Positions 26,814 through 36,619 are shown, counted from the first letter of the stretch. The stretch is DNA of 62,711 nt from Tissierellales bacterium (GCA_030152145.1 JASLIL010000112.1:1-62711), one strand, 5' to 3'. The notes: generated by a model from the sequence alone, not told the origin. Translations and numbers: made by a program.

Positions 26814-27456
26814 AAATACTATTTTCTTTTTTAACTAGATCTAAAAGTTCTTCTAGCTGGTCTATGAAAAAATCAGCCTGAGACTGATCCTGCAGGTCTG
26901 TTCTTCTTGCAACAACCTTGATTCCAGCAGCCTTCCCAGCTGTGATACCATGCTTTGAATCCTCTACAACCAGGGCCTCCTTAGGAGATAGACCAAGCTC
27001 CCTTAGGCTGTGCTTATAGATAGTAGGATTAGGCTTACTTTTACTAAAATCATCACCTGTAAGAATCAGGTCCAGGTAAGGACTAGCCTTAGCTAGATCT
27101 ACTATTTTTTTTATGGTATCCATACTTGAAGAAGAAGCTATAGCTAGAGACAAGCCCATTTCCTTTAAGGACCTGAAAACATAGGCTATATTAGGATCCA
27201 GTACCTCTTTGAAATCTATCTTATAGTTTTTGGAAAAATGCCTATAATCCCTTCTAAGCTTCTCCTGTTTCTCTATAGAAACAGGTTCGACCATCTTGCA
27301 CATATCTTTTGGATTTGATCCTATGAACTTTAATTGACTTTCATAGGAAATGTTTTCATATCCCTTGGATTTGAAAAAATCTATTCTTCTTTCCATATAT
27401 TTAGGTTCAGAATCTACTAGGACCCCATCCATATCAAAGATAACTGCCTTAATCAT
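26812..27456 (-). CDS. HAD-IA hydrolase (beta-phosphoglucomutase/sugar-phosphatase-like)
   Basis: Motif I FDMDGVLVDSE, motif II ASSS, motif IV EDSKHG. Confidence 0.8.
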   Translation of the reverse strand: MIKAVIFDMDGVLVDSEPKYMERRIDFFKSKGYENISYESQLKFIGSNPKDMCKMVEPVSIEKQEKLRRDYRHFSKNYKIDFKEVLDPNIAYVFRSLKEMGLSLAIASSSSMDTIKKIVDLAKASPYLDLILTGDDFSKSKPNPTIYKHSLRELGLSPKEALVVEDSKHGITAGKAAGIKVVARRTDLQDQSQADFFIDQLEELLDLVKKENSI

Positions 27457-27458
27457 AT

Positions 27459-28901
27459 TTATGCCTCTTTTCTATTTTTTGGTATGCCGAAGAAATAAGT
27501 TGCTATAAAGCCACCAGCATAGGCAGCCAACAAGCCCAGTACATAGCCCTTCCACCTACCATCGGCAATAAGTGGAATAAGAGCTACACCACTTGGACCC
27601 AGTGTAATAGCACCTATATTACCTAGGCCAGCTATTACAGCACCACCAATTCCACCACCTATACAGGCAGTTAAAAAGGGTCTACCAAGAGGTAGGGTAA
27701 CACCGTAGATCAAGGGCTCACCTATACCTAGAATTCCAACAGGCAGGGCCCCCTTAATCATCTTATTTAATTCAATATCATCCTTAAGCCTAATTTTTAG
27801 GGCCAGGGCAGCTCCAACCTGACCTGCACCAGCCATAGCCAGAACTGGCAGCAAGATAGTCTTACCAGTATCAGCTATCATCTCAAGATGTATAGGCGTT
27901 AAGATCTGGTGCAGACCAAACATTACCATAGGTAGGAAGGTAAGACCTAGTATAAAACCTGCCAGGGCTCCTCCTCTTTCTATTATAGAAGTAAAGAATC
28001 CAACAAGAGCATTGGAAACAAATCCTGCCAAAGGCATGATTATAAATATAGTTAAAACTCCCATAACTAGAAGAGTAAGTGTAGGTGTAACTATAAGGTC
28101 CAGGGAATCTGGAACTATCTCCCTAAGTTTCTTTTCAACAAAGGACATAAGCCATACTGCAAATATAACACCTATAACTCCACCCAGTCCACCAGTAAGA
28201 GGGTTTCCTGTAAATATATTCTTTAGGGGCAGGTCTGGATTCATACCAGTTAGGGTAGTAACTCCACCTATAACCCCACCTAGGGCAGGACTAGCACCAA
28301 ATTCACTGGCAGCATTTATTCCTACATATATAACTAGGAAGAAAAATACCCCGTTTTTAATAATATTTGAGATGGATATAAGATGAACCCAGCCATCTCC
28401 AGAAATCTTTCCTGCCACCATCATATTACTAAAGATGGCACCAATACCTCCAATTAAACCAGCACCAACGAAGGCTGGAATCAAGGGAACGAAAATATTG
28501 GCAATGGATTTTAAAATCCTGTTAAAGGGAGTTAAATGCTTTAATTTCTGCTCCTCCTTAACCTTTCTAGCTCTTTCTTCCACCAACTTCTTATCAGCCC
28601 TATAGTCCTTAGGATCCTCAAGCTCTTCTACTGAAATAGCCTGTCCCAACTTAACATTAGCATCCTCTGCCAGGGTAAGAGCCACCTTGTTTACAATACC
28701 AGGACCTAGGATAATCTGTAGGGTCTCGTCTTTAACAACTCCAAGGACTCCATCTACAGACTTTAAGCCTTCCTCATCAATCTTTGAAAAATCATTGATG
28801 CCCAATCTTAATCTTGTCATACAGTGGACTATCTTATTTATATTTCCAAGGCCACCAATATTTGCCAAGATCTGATCTGCTAAAACTCTTTCTTTTGACA
28901 T
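27459..28901 (-). CDS. PTS sugar transporter subunit EIIBC (MurP-like)
   Basis: EIIB active-site Cys motif VHCMTRLRL at the N-terminus, followed by a glucose-family EIIC membrane domain. No EIIA domain. Confidence 0.8.
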   Translation of the reverse strand: MSKERVLADQILANIGGLGNINKIVHCMTRLRLGINDFSKIDEEGLKSVDGVLGVVKDETLQIILGPGIVNKVALTLAEDANVKLGQAISVEELEDPKDYRADKKLVEERARKVKEEQKLKHLTPFNRILKSIANIFVPLIPAFVGAGLIGGIGAIFSNMMVAGKISGDGWVHLISISNIIKNGVFFFLVIYVGINAASEFGASPALGGVIGGVTTLTGMNPDLPLKNIFTGNPLTGGLGGVIGVIFAVWLMSFVEKKLREIVPDSLDLIVTPTLTLLVMGVLTIFIIMPLAGFVSNALVGFFTSIIERGGALAGFILGLTFLPMVMFGLHQILTPIHLEMIADTGKTILLPVLAMAGAGQVGAALALKIRLKDDIELNKMIKGALPVGILGIGEPLIYGVTLPLGRPFLTACIGGGIGGAVIAGLGNIGAITLGPSGVALIPLIADGRWKGYVLGLLAAYAGGFIATYFFGIPKNRKEA

Positions 28902-28915
28902 AGTAACTAACCTCC

Positions 28916-29974
28916 TTATTCAAATTGAATAATACAGTAATAGTCTCCACCTTTGATGTGTTTAATTATGTCCAAGTCTTCATCTATAATTTCTCCAACA
29001 GTATTGACCCTAAAGTCTTTGGGTAAACTGTTTTTGACGATCTGCATTTCCCCCATATACCTTCCAAAATTAAGATTATCTATAGTAAGATCCCCTAGTT
29101 TTCTGGCCCCAGAAAATTCTTGCTCTATAGGGGGAAGGTCTCTAAGTCTAGCATCATCACTTCTAATAGCATCTCTAGCAGAATCCCACCTATTTCTGTG
29201 TCTTCCCAGAATATACTTAAAGTATCTAGGGCTTTTAGACCTGGCGTAAAGATCCAGGGTCTGATTTTTTGTATAGGAGGAGAACTGTGACCTTGTTTTT
29301 TGGGAAAGTCCAGGATCTCCAATATATACATGGTCAAGGCTATAGTTGTAGATAAGATCTAAACTAGCAGCCAGGGGATGGCTATACCTATGTTCTTCTA
29401 AACTAGGCAGGCCCTCAAACAAGGGTCCTCTTAGGTCTTTATCTCCAGGAACAAAGGCTACAAGTTTAAAGCCTAGGGATTTAAGCCAGAGATTTTTTTC
29501 CTTAAAGTCTACTGGGTCCAGACCAGTATAGGGTCTGGGATAGTAGTTATGCCACATTTCGGTATTGGAAAAATTAGCCCCATAGTCCCTAAGCTCGTCT
29601 AGGTCCTCCTGGGAAAAGGTACTGGCATTTAAGGCTATCTTTAAAGACTTAGTAAGATTGGCAATAAGTTTATTGTCTATACCAAAATCCATCCTAAGGC
29701 CAGTTATGCCTAGATCTAAAATCTCCTCAGGCCTGTCAAAGGAAAGTCCCATTTTCTTAAGGGCCTTGCCTGAAACATCTACCATAAGTTCCATATCGTA
29801 TTTCCTGCTAAAAGTAGATAGCTTTTCCAGTCTTTCCTTGTAAAGATTAGGATCTTCCTCTGGAATATGGGCAGATGTAAAGATTCCCTGAAAGCCTTGA
29901 GCCTTCATAGAACCTATATATCCTTCAGTTTCATGGTCTATCTCATCAGTCATAAAAACAGAAAAACCAAACAT
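28916..29974 (-). CDS. DUF871/MupG-family 6-phospho-glycosidase
   Basis: N-terminus MFGFSVFM...GFQGIFTSAHIPEEDP and ~350-aa size are typical of the DUF871 (MupG) family. Located directly upstream of the PTS EIIBC gene. Confidence 0.65.
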   Translation of the reverse strand: MFGFSVFMTDEIDHETEGYIGSMKAQGFQGIFTSAHIPEEDPNLYKERLEKLSTFSRKYDMELMVDVSGKALKKMGLSFDRPEEILDLGITGLRMDFGIDNKLIANLTKSLKIALNASTFSQEDLDELRDYGANFSNTEMWHNYYPRPYTGLDPVDFKEKNLWLKSLGFKLVAFVPGDKDLRGPLFEGLPSLEEHRYSHPLAASLDLIYNYSLDHVYIGDPGLSQKTRSQFSSYTKNQTLDLYARSKSPRYFKYILGRHRNRWDSARDAIRSDDARLRDLPPIEQEFSGARKLGDLTIDNLNFGRYMGEMQIVKNSLPKDFRVNTVGEIIDEDLDIIKHIKGGDYYCIIQFE

Positions 29975-30018
29975 ATAATCACCTCAACTAGCTTATACCC
30001 TAAAAAAGTCAAATAAAA

Positions 30019-30042
30019 AAGAACTAGATTAATCTAGTTCTT
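30019..30042 (-). terminator. Rho-independent terminator overlapping the DUF896 stop codon
   Basis: On the minus strand, AAGAACTAGAT-TAA-TCTAGTTCTT followed by TTTTATTT. Confidence 0.7.
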
Positions 30043-30231
30043 TACTGTTTTATCCTCATCAAGGTAGACAAAGTCAATATTGTCTAGCTGAGTTTTCACA
30101 TTACTTCTAATTCTTCCAATATATTCCTGACGAAGAGCCTGCTGCTCCTTTTTTTCCTCAGGATTTAATTCTTCAATTTTTGACTTGTTAGCAAGTTCAT
30201 TTATTCTCTTAATCAATTGATTATAATCCAT
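30034..30231 (-). CDS. DUF896/UPF0291-family small protein
   Basis: 65 aa. INELANKSK...L...EEKKEQQALRQEYI..IR helical pattern as in YnzC-like proteins. Confidence 0.7.
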   Translation of the reverse strand: MDYNQLIKRINELANKSKIEELNPEEKKEQQALRQEYIGRIRSNVKTQLDNIDFVYLDEDKTVKN

Positions 30232-30239
30232 TTTATCAC

Positions 30240-30857
30240 CTATTCTATTTTTTCTGTAAAGGCCTCACTTGTATCAAAGTGACCCATAAGGCTTTCAGTA
30301 GGCTCTCCATTAACTAAAAACTTAACAGCCTTAACACTATCAAGTTCAAGAAGACTGTTGACTATCTGTGAAATCACTAGATCCTCTTGAAGTGAGCCAC
30401 CATTAAGATTCTCAGAATCAAAGTTTACCAGAGCAGTAGCCTCATCCATCTTAACATCTATGAATTTTATATCCTTATCTATAGAGGTAGACATACCCTC
30501 TTCCTTAGGATCCTCATATAGGTTTAGGATAATACCCTCTGCTATCTTTCCATCAACAACTTTTATCTTCTTCTTAAAAGGTAAGACTCTTTCTAAGTCA
30601 TCATTACCAGTTTCAATATATTTATCATTTGAATAGTAGAGAACAACTTCCACTTCTTTTTCTATCTTAGAGCCATGTTGTTCTATATCCTCATCTTCTC
30701 CGTCTACGTTATTTTCAATCTCTGGTTCCTTGTTTTCCTGATCTAGATTTTCCTCTTGAGGAGTCTTTTCATCTACTGGCTTTTTAGGCTCAGCATCACA
30801 GCCTACCAAGCTTAAGGCCAAGATTCCTATTAGGAAAAAATTAAATAGTCTTTTCAT
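30240..30857 (-). CDS. lipoprotein with a GerMN-like domain
   Basis: Signal peptide plus lipobox LSLVGC, acidic linker, and a C-terminal domain resembling GerMN (VVLYYSND...VNSLLELDSVKAVKFLVNGE). Confidence 0.6.
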   Translation of the reverse strand: MKRLFNFFLIGILALSLVGCDAEPKKPVDEKTPQEENLDQENKEPEIENNVDGEDEDIEQHGSKIEKEVEVVLYYSNDKYIETGNDDLERVLPFKKKIKVVDGKIAEGIILNLYEDPKEEGMSTSIDKDIKFIDVKMDEATALVNFDSENLNGGSLQEDLVISQIVNSLLELDSVKAVKFLVNGEPTESLMGHFDTSEAFTEKIE

Positions 30858-30942
30858 AAAAGCACCTCTTTTCCTTTATCTTATATACATTATAAATGCT
30901 AGAAGAAATTATTGCAAAAAAAAATGCAAATTGTAACCTTAA

Positions 30943-30951
30943 TGTTATAAT
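30943..30951 (+). promoter_or_regulatory. extended -10 promoter element (TGtTATAAT) upstream of purC
   Basis: TGTTATAAT at 30943-30951, 40 nt upstream of ATG 30991. Confidence 0.45.
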
Positions 30952-30990
30952 GTAGTTACTAACTATTTTATGAAAAAGGAGACTTTAAAA

Positions 30991-31674
30991 ATGGAACTTA
31001 TAACAAAGGGAAAGACCAAGGACGTATATAGAAGAGAAGATGGTAAGTATTTACTTAAGTTTAAGGATGATGTAACAGGAGTAGATGGAAAATTTGATCC
31101 AGGGGCAAACAGTGTAGGACTAACTATAGATGGAATGGGAAAGTCCGGTCTTAAGATGACCACTTACTTTTTTAAACTCCTAGAGTCAAAGGGAATACCT
31201 ACCCACTATGTAGATTCAGACATAGAAGAAGGAACCATGACTGTAGAGAAGGCTGAAGTTTTCGGAGAGGGCCTGGAAGTTATCTGTAGATACAAGGCTG
31301 TAGGAAGCTTTCTAAGAAGATATGGTAAATATGCAAAAGAAGGTCAGGACCTAGATGGCTTTGTAGAGGTTACTTTAAAAGATGATGACAGGCAGGACCC
31401 ACCTATAACAGAAGATGGACTAGCAATGCTAGGTCTTTTAAGCCATGAGGAGTATAGGATCTTAAAGAAGTTAACACTGGAAATATGTGAAATTATAAGA
31501 GAAGAGTTAAGAGATAAAAATATAGAACTATATGATATCAAGCTAGAATTTGGTAGGGTAGGGGAAGATAGACACATAGCACTTATAGATGAAATTTCAG
31601 GTGGAAACATGAGAGCCTATAAGGATGGAGAGTATGTGGAGCCAATGGAGCTTGAGAAACTAGTCCTAGCTTAA
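30991..31674 (+). CDS. purC: phosphoribosylaminoimidazole-succinocarboxamide (SAICAR) synthase
   Basis: ATG 30991 after AAGGAG. KGKTKDVY, LEVICRYKAVGS and IDEISGGNMR are typical of PurC. Confidence 0.85.
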   Translation: MELITKGKTKDVYRREDGKYLLKFKDDVTGVDGKFDPGANSVGLTIDGMGKSGLKMTTYFFKLLESKGIPTHYVDSDIEEGTMTVEKAEVFGEGLEVICRYKAVGSFLRRYGKYAKEGQDLDGFVEVTLKDDDRQDPPITEDGLAMLGLLSHEEYRILKKLTLEICEIIREELRDKNIELYDIKLEFGRVGEDRHIALIDEISGGNMRAYKDGEYVEPMELEKLVLA

Positions 31675-31687
31675 AAGGAGGATTAAG

Positions 31688-32155
31688 GTGAAAAAAACCA
31701 ATGCCATGAGGCTACTAGACAGCCTTAAACTAGACTACCAAGTCATGGAGTATGACAATAAGGATGGTAGGATAGACGGCCTGTCTGTAGCAGAAAAAAT
31801 AAAAAGGCCAGTAGAAGATGTCTACAAGACCCTGGTAACTCAGTCTAGGGAGGATCTTTTTGTATTTATAGTTCCAGTAGCAGAGGAGTTGGATTTTAAG
31901 AAGGCTGCAAGAGCAGTATCTCAAAAAAAGCTAGAAATGCTGGAAGTAAAAAAGCTAGAGCACTATACAGGCTATGTAAGGGGAGGCTGCTCTCCCCTGG
32001 CTATGAAAAAATCCTATAGGACTGTAATGGACAACTCTGCCCTTGAAAGGGATAGGGTTATAGTTAGCGGTGGAAAAATAGGTGTTCAGATAGAGCTGGA
32101 CCCTAGGGATCTAAAATCTGCCATAGACTTGGACTTTGAAGATATAGTTAAATAG
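31688..32155 (+). CDS. ybaK: Cys-tRNA(Pro)/Cys-tRNA(Cys) deacylase YbaK
   Basis: GTG start after AAGGAGG. TNAMRLLD...KTLV...GGCSPL motifs. Confidence 0.8.
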   Translation: MKKTNAMRLLDSLKLDYQVMEYDNKDGRIDGLSVAEKIKRPVEDVYKTLVTQSREDLFVFIVPVAEELDFKKAARAVSQKKLEMLEVKKLEHYTGYVRGGCSPLAMKKSYRTVMDNSALERDRVIVSGGKIGVQIELDPRDLKSAIDLDFEDIVK

Positions 32156-32159
32156 CTAG

Positions 32160-32205
32160 GCCCTAAGTTTTATTCCCTGGAATAGAACTTGGGGCTTTTA
32201 TATTT
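32160..32205 (+). terminator. Rho-independent terminator
   Basis: 17-bp stem GCCCTAAGTTTTATTCC / GGAATAGAACTTGGGGC (two G-U pairs), then TTTTATATTTT. Confidence 0.8.
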
Positions 32206-32325
32206 TCCTAGTTAAAGCTTGAAGCTAGGGAGAAATTTTACTTTATTTTTTAAGATAGCTTTATATGGGTATAATTTACATGTGAAATTATTGCTAATAA
32301 CCATTGCAAGGAGGTTTAGATATAT

Positions 32326-33630
32326 ATGGATTATGAAAGACAGATAGAGGAATTTGTAAAGTATTTTAAAAAAGGGGAAAAACCCTGTATAGATTCAGGT
32401 ATAGGAATGGAATTAGAGCATTTTGTTATATACAGAGATAGTTTGGAGACTGTATCCTACTATGGTGAAGATGGAGTAGGATCAACTTTAAAGGATCTTA
32501 GAAAGCTAGGTTGGCAGGGTCAGGAAGAAGATGGCTACCTTCTACTGATTGAAAAAGATGGTATGGTAGTTACCCTAGAACCAGGTAGCCAATTGGAGTT
32601 TAGCACTTCACCTAAGACCAGGCTTAAGGATTTGGAAGATGCCTATTTTAACTTCTTGAAAGATGTCATACCAATCTTGGAAAGCAAGGGTCAGGAGCTA
32701 GTTAACATGGCCTACCATCCAGTTACTAAGATAGAAGATATAAAGATCCTACCTAAGCAAAGGTATGACTATATGTTTAACTACTTTAAGGATAAAGGAA
32801 GTCATGCCCATAATATGATGAAGGGAACAGCCTCTCTCCAGGTGGCAGTGGACTTTTCCAGTGAGGAAGACTATGTTAAGAAGTTTTTAGTAGCCAATGC
32901 CTTGACTCCTGTAGTCTATGCTATGTTTGACAATGGCTACTACTTTGAAGGCCAGGTTTATGAGGGAAGAAACCTAAGGGCCTATATATGGGAAAATATG
33001 GATAAGGATAGGTCTGGTGTAGTGCCAACTACCTTTGACAAGGACTTTGGCTATAGAAAGTATGCTGAGTATATCTTAAATAATCCTCCTATATTTGTAG
33101 ACTACGGGGATCATATGGACTATACAGGAGATAAAAGGGTTAGGGACCTAATAGATCCAGAAAACTACAGCAAGGAAGAAATGGAGCATATGTTGACCAT
33201 GTTCTTCCCAGATGTTAGGACCAAGAACTTTATAGAAATAAGAATGATGGACTCCCTACCATATCCTTTTTTAATGTCAGTTATAGCCTTTTGGAAGGGA
33301 ATTATCTACAGTAAGGATAATATAAATAGCCTCTACAATAGATTTAAGGACCTAAGCTATGAGGATATAATGGATGCCAAGGAAGAAATCTACAAGAAGG
33401 GCCTAAAGGGCCATCTAGATGGGGAACTTGTCTTAGACATAGCCAAGGAAGTAACAGAAATGTCCAAGTCCTTCTTAAATGACAAGGAGAAAAAATACCT
33501 AGAGCCTCTAGAAAGACTTTTAGGAGAGGGAAAATCTCCCTATGATCTAGTCAAGGAAGTCCATGAGGAAAAGGATCAAAGACAGGCCATAGAGTGGTTA
33601 ATAACAAATAGCCTGCCAGACAAACTATAG
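32326..33630 (+). CDS. gshA: glutamate--cysteine ligase family protein
   Basis: The N-terminus (FVKYFKKGEKP...IGMELEHFVI) and ~434-aa size match the clostridial-type gamma-glutamylcysteine synthetase as I recall it. Confidence 0.65.
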   Translation: MDYERQIEEFVKYFKKGEKPCIDSGIGMELEHFVIYRDSLETVSYYGEDGVGSTLKDLRKLGWQGQEEDGYLLLIEKDGMVVTLEPGSQLEFSTSPKTRLKDLEDAYFNFLKDVIPILESKGQELVNMAYHPVTKIEDIKILPKQRYDYMFNYFKDKGSHAHNMMKGTASLQVAVDFSSEEDYVKKFLVANALTPVVYAMFDNGYYFEGQVYEGRNLRAYIWENMDKDRSGVVPTTFDKDFGYRKYAEYILNNPPIFVDYGDHMDYTGDKRVRDLIDPENYSKEEMEHMLTMFFPDVRTKNFIEIRMMDSLPYPFLMSVIAFWKGIIYSKDNINSLYNRFKDLSYEDIMDAKEEIYKKGLKGHLDGELVLDIAKEVTEMSKSFLNDKEKKYLEPLERLLGEGKSPYDLVKEVHEEKDQRQAIEWLITNSLPDKL

Positions 33631-33652
33631 AATATAAAACAAGGCCCAGACT

Positions 33653-35062
33653 TTAAGTCAGGGGCCTTATTTTTATTTTTACAAGGGCTCCACCAGTTTC
33701 TTCATTGGCTATTTCAATCTCACCCTTATGGAGCTTGGCTAGGGACTGGGCTATATACATACCTAGGCCAGAGTTTCCTGTATTTTTTCTAGACCTATCC
33801 CCTCTGTAGAACTTTTCAAAAGCTCTTTCCAAGTCTTCTTGGGAAAAGCCCCTACCATTATCCCTTAGCTCCAGACTAAGGGCCTGGTCTTCCACTATAG
33901 CCCTTAGACTAAGAAGGCTTCCCTTAGAGTAGGCCAGGCTGTTGGAGACTAGATTGTCCAGAATATTTCTTAGGGCCAGCGGGTCATAAGAAAGCTCTTT
34001 AGGACTGGTTCTTAGGTCCTCTAGCTGGCTGTAAAATTGAAAGCCATGATCCTCAACTAGGCTCTGGTAGTCCCTAAAAAGGTCCTTAACTAGCTTTTCA
34101 GGATCAAGGGGAAGGGGACTTAGGGAGTAGCTGGGATTTTCCAGCTGACTAAGCTTATTCATATCCATAACCATGGCCAGGGCCCGGTCACTGTTTTTAT
34201 TTATAGTTCCCAGGTAGTTACCTAGTCTATCCTCCTTTACATAACCTTCTATAATTCCTTCAGAATAGGTCTTTATAATAGTTAGGGGGGTTTTTAGGTC
34301 ATGGGCTATGTTGGCTAGGTTTTCCTTTCTATATTCCTCCAGAGTCCACTGCTTGCCAAGGGAGTCCTCAAGCTCCTGTCTCATATCTTCAAAGGCCTGA
34401 AAGACCTCCTTAAACTCATCCTCCCTATCATAGTCTATTGTAAAATCCAAGTCCTTATTCTTTATTTTCCTGGAAGAATGAAGGAGGCCATCTATAGCTA
34501 GGGCCAGCTCCCTTGAAAGTTTTTGTCTGTAGTAGAGGGTGAAAATAGTGATAAAGACAAAGGGGCTTAGGAGGATGATTTTTTCGCTATTAAAGCTATT
34601 TAGCTTCTTGGAGCTAACTCCTAGATAGTATTTTATAACCAGCATACCAACGATATTATATTCCTGGTCAAAGATGGGCAGGGTCCTAAGAAAAAACTTA
34701 TTGCCAATGGAAATAGTCTTATTTACATTTAAGATAAAGTCCTTCTTATCCTTAAAGTAAGGGTAGGATATATTGCCATAGATAAATTGCCCCTGGGAAT
34801 CCACAACCTGATAGCCCAGGTAGGGATCCTTAATAAGCCCATCTAGATAGGCCTTGTTGGAGCTGTCCATAAGATAGATATTCCTACTCTCGATATCTTT
34901 TATAAGTCCTGGAATCTTTTTCTCATAGTAGTTAGATGGATTATAGAACTTATTAAAGGAAAGAGTCCATAAAAATAAAAATACCAGGCTAAGGATAAGG
35001 CTAAAGGCAAGAATTTTTATAAAGGCCAGGGTAAACTTAAATTTAAAACTTTGATTTTTCAT
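33653..35062 (-). CDS. sensor histidine kinase
   Basis: Two TM segments flanking a ~130-aa external domain. H-box AHDLKTPLTII, G-box NSGLGMYIA. Confidence 0.85.
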   Translation of the reverse strand: MKNQSFKFKFTLAFIKILAFSLILSLVFLFLWTLSFNKFYNPSNYYEKKIPGLIKDIESRNIYLMDSSNKAYLDGLIKDPYLGYQVVDSQGQFIYGNISYPYFKDKKDFILNVNKTISIGNKFFLRTLPIFDQEYNIVGMLVIKYYLGVSSKKLNSFNSEKIILLSPFVFITIFTLYYRQKLSRELALAIDGLLHSSRKIKNKDLDFTIDYDREDEFKEVFQAFEDMRQELEDSLGKQWTLEEYRKENLANIAHDLKTPLTIIKTYSEGIIEGYVKEDRLGNYLGTINKNSDRALAMVMDMNKLSQLENPSYSLSPLPLDPEKLVKDLFRDYQSLVEDHGFQFYSQLEDLRTSPKELSYDPLALRNILDNLVSNSLAYSKGSLLSLRAIVEDQALSLELRDNGRGFSQEDLERAFEKFYRGDRSRKNTGNSGLGMYIAQSLAKLHKGEIEIANEETGGALVKIKIRPLT

Positions 35063-35065
35063 AGT

Positions 35066-35740
35066 TTAAGGCTCCCACTTATAGCCCAGTCCCCAAACAG
35101 TCTTTATATAGTCTTGACTAGGGTCTAGGGCCCTTATTTTAGCCCTTATTTTCTTTATATGCTCTGTAACAGTAAAGCTATCTCCCAGGCCATCATAGCC
35201 CCAAATTTTATCATAGATTTGATCCTTGGAGAAAACCTGGCCCTTATTTAGGCTTAAAAGTTCCAGGATTTCAAATTCTTTCTTGGTTAGACCAAGGTCC
35301 TGGCCATTAATAGAGACCTTAAGGCCCCTAAGGTCTACTTGGACTTTTGAAAATCTTAAGAAATCTACATCTTTTTTTTCTCTGGCCTCTCTTCTTAAGT
35401 GGGCCTTAACCCTAAAGACCAATTCCTTAAGGCTAAAAGGTTTGGTAAGATAGTCATCTCCACCTAGGGCCAGTCCCTTTACTATATCTTTTTCATCAGT
35501 TTTGGCAGTCAAAAAGATTATAGGGCAATCAACCCTATCTCTGATGGTCTTTATAACACTGAAGCCATCAAGCTCTGGCATCATTATATCCAAGAGAATA
35601 AGGTCTGGTTCTTGACTGGACATATTAATGGCTTCAAGGCCATTATAGGCTTTTAAGGTTTTGTAGCCATTGGCCTCTAAGGCATCAGAAATCACATTTA
35701 CCAAGTCAAACTCATCATCAACTATTAAAATAGTTTCCAT
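35066..35740 (-). CDS. OmpR-family response regulator
   Basis: Receiver (IVDDE, ILLDIMMPELDG) and winged helix (IKTVWGLGYKW). Confidence 0.9.
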   Translation of the reverse strand: METILIVDDEFDLVNVISDALEANGYKTLKAYNGLEAINMSSQEPDLILLDIMMPELDGFSVIKTIRDRVDCPIIFLTAKTDEKDIVKGLALGGDDYLTKPFSLKELVFRVKAHLRREAREKKDVDFLRFSKVQVDLRGLKVSINGQDLGLTKKEFEILELLSLNKGQVFSKDQIYDKIWGYDGLGDSFTVTEHIKKIRAKIRALDPSQDYIKTVWGLGYKWEP

Positions 35741-35750
35741 ACTACTCCTC

Positions 35751-36581
35751 CTAGAAGAATTTATTGTAAACTAGGACAGACCCTATATAGAGAAGGTAAA
35801 CATGGGCTGGGTAGAAAATGTAAAACAAACTCTTCATAGATCTGCCTTTTTCTCCATTATATCTTAAAAATATGATACTGGCTAAGGCACCCATCCACTC
35901 ATAGTAGTCAGTAAACATAAGCCTTAGGCTTATGGGCCTAATAAGAGCTAGGGGAAGGATAATCATCCAAGCACAAATAAAAATACCATAGAATAGGGCT
36001 TGTTTCTTCCTATTAGATCTAAAAAGGTAAAGGATCAGGCCAGAAGCCAACACAAATAGACCGCCTTCAACTATAAAAGGTGATGGGATAAATGTATTTA
36101 AGATAAAGTGAATTATCTCTTGGATGCCCATAGGTGAAGCCATCATAGTAAAGACTAAGAGATAGTTAATTAAAAATGGTGACAGCAATAGGGGAATCCC
36201 CTTCTTAAAGTCTTTTTCCCTAAGCAAGTCTATGGCCTTAAACATTACTATTAAAATAGTGAAGCTTTGAAATATCCCATTTTGTGGTATAAATCCATCT
36301 CCACGAACAAGGTTAGCTGACATAGAAATCCAGTATTTAACAAGACCCATAGCCAGCCCCATAAGATAGATTCTCTTAAAATACTTCTTCTTATTGGAAG
36401 TGTGGGAGTAGCCCTCTACCATAGTAAAGAGGAAGAGTCCACCAGCCAATCTACCAAGCCAAGAGAAGAAAAGAGGAACCCTTCCTGTAAATCCAAAAAA
36501 GTAGTGAATATGGTCCAGCAACATAAGGACCAAGGCTAAAATCTTTAAGTCAAAGGAGCTAAGTCCTTTTTTATTTTTCAT
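35751..36581 (-). CDS. TraX-family membrane protein
   Basis: N-terminus SSFDLKILALVLMLLDHIHYFF and polytopic ~276-aa size are typical of the TraX family. Confidence 0.7.
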   Translation of the reverse strand: MKNKKGLSSFDLKILALVLMLLDHIHYFFGFTGRVPLFFSWLGRLAGGLFLFTMVEGYSHTSNKKKYFKRIYLMGLAMGLVKYWISMSANLVRGDGFIPQNGIFQSFTILIVMFKAIDLLREKDFKKGIPLLLSPFLINYLLVFTMMASPMGIQEIIHFILNTFIPSPFIVEGGLFVLASGLILYLFRSNRKKQALFYGIFICAWMIILPLALIRPISLRLMFTDYYEWMGALASIIFLRYNGEKGRSMKSLFYIFYPAHVYLLYIGSVLVYNKFF

Positions 36582-36619
36582 ATATAAAACCTCCTTAAAT
36601 TTCCTAACTCTAATCTACT

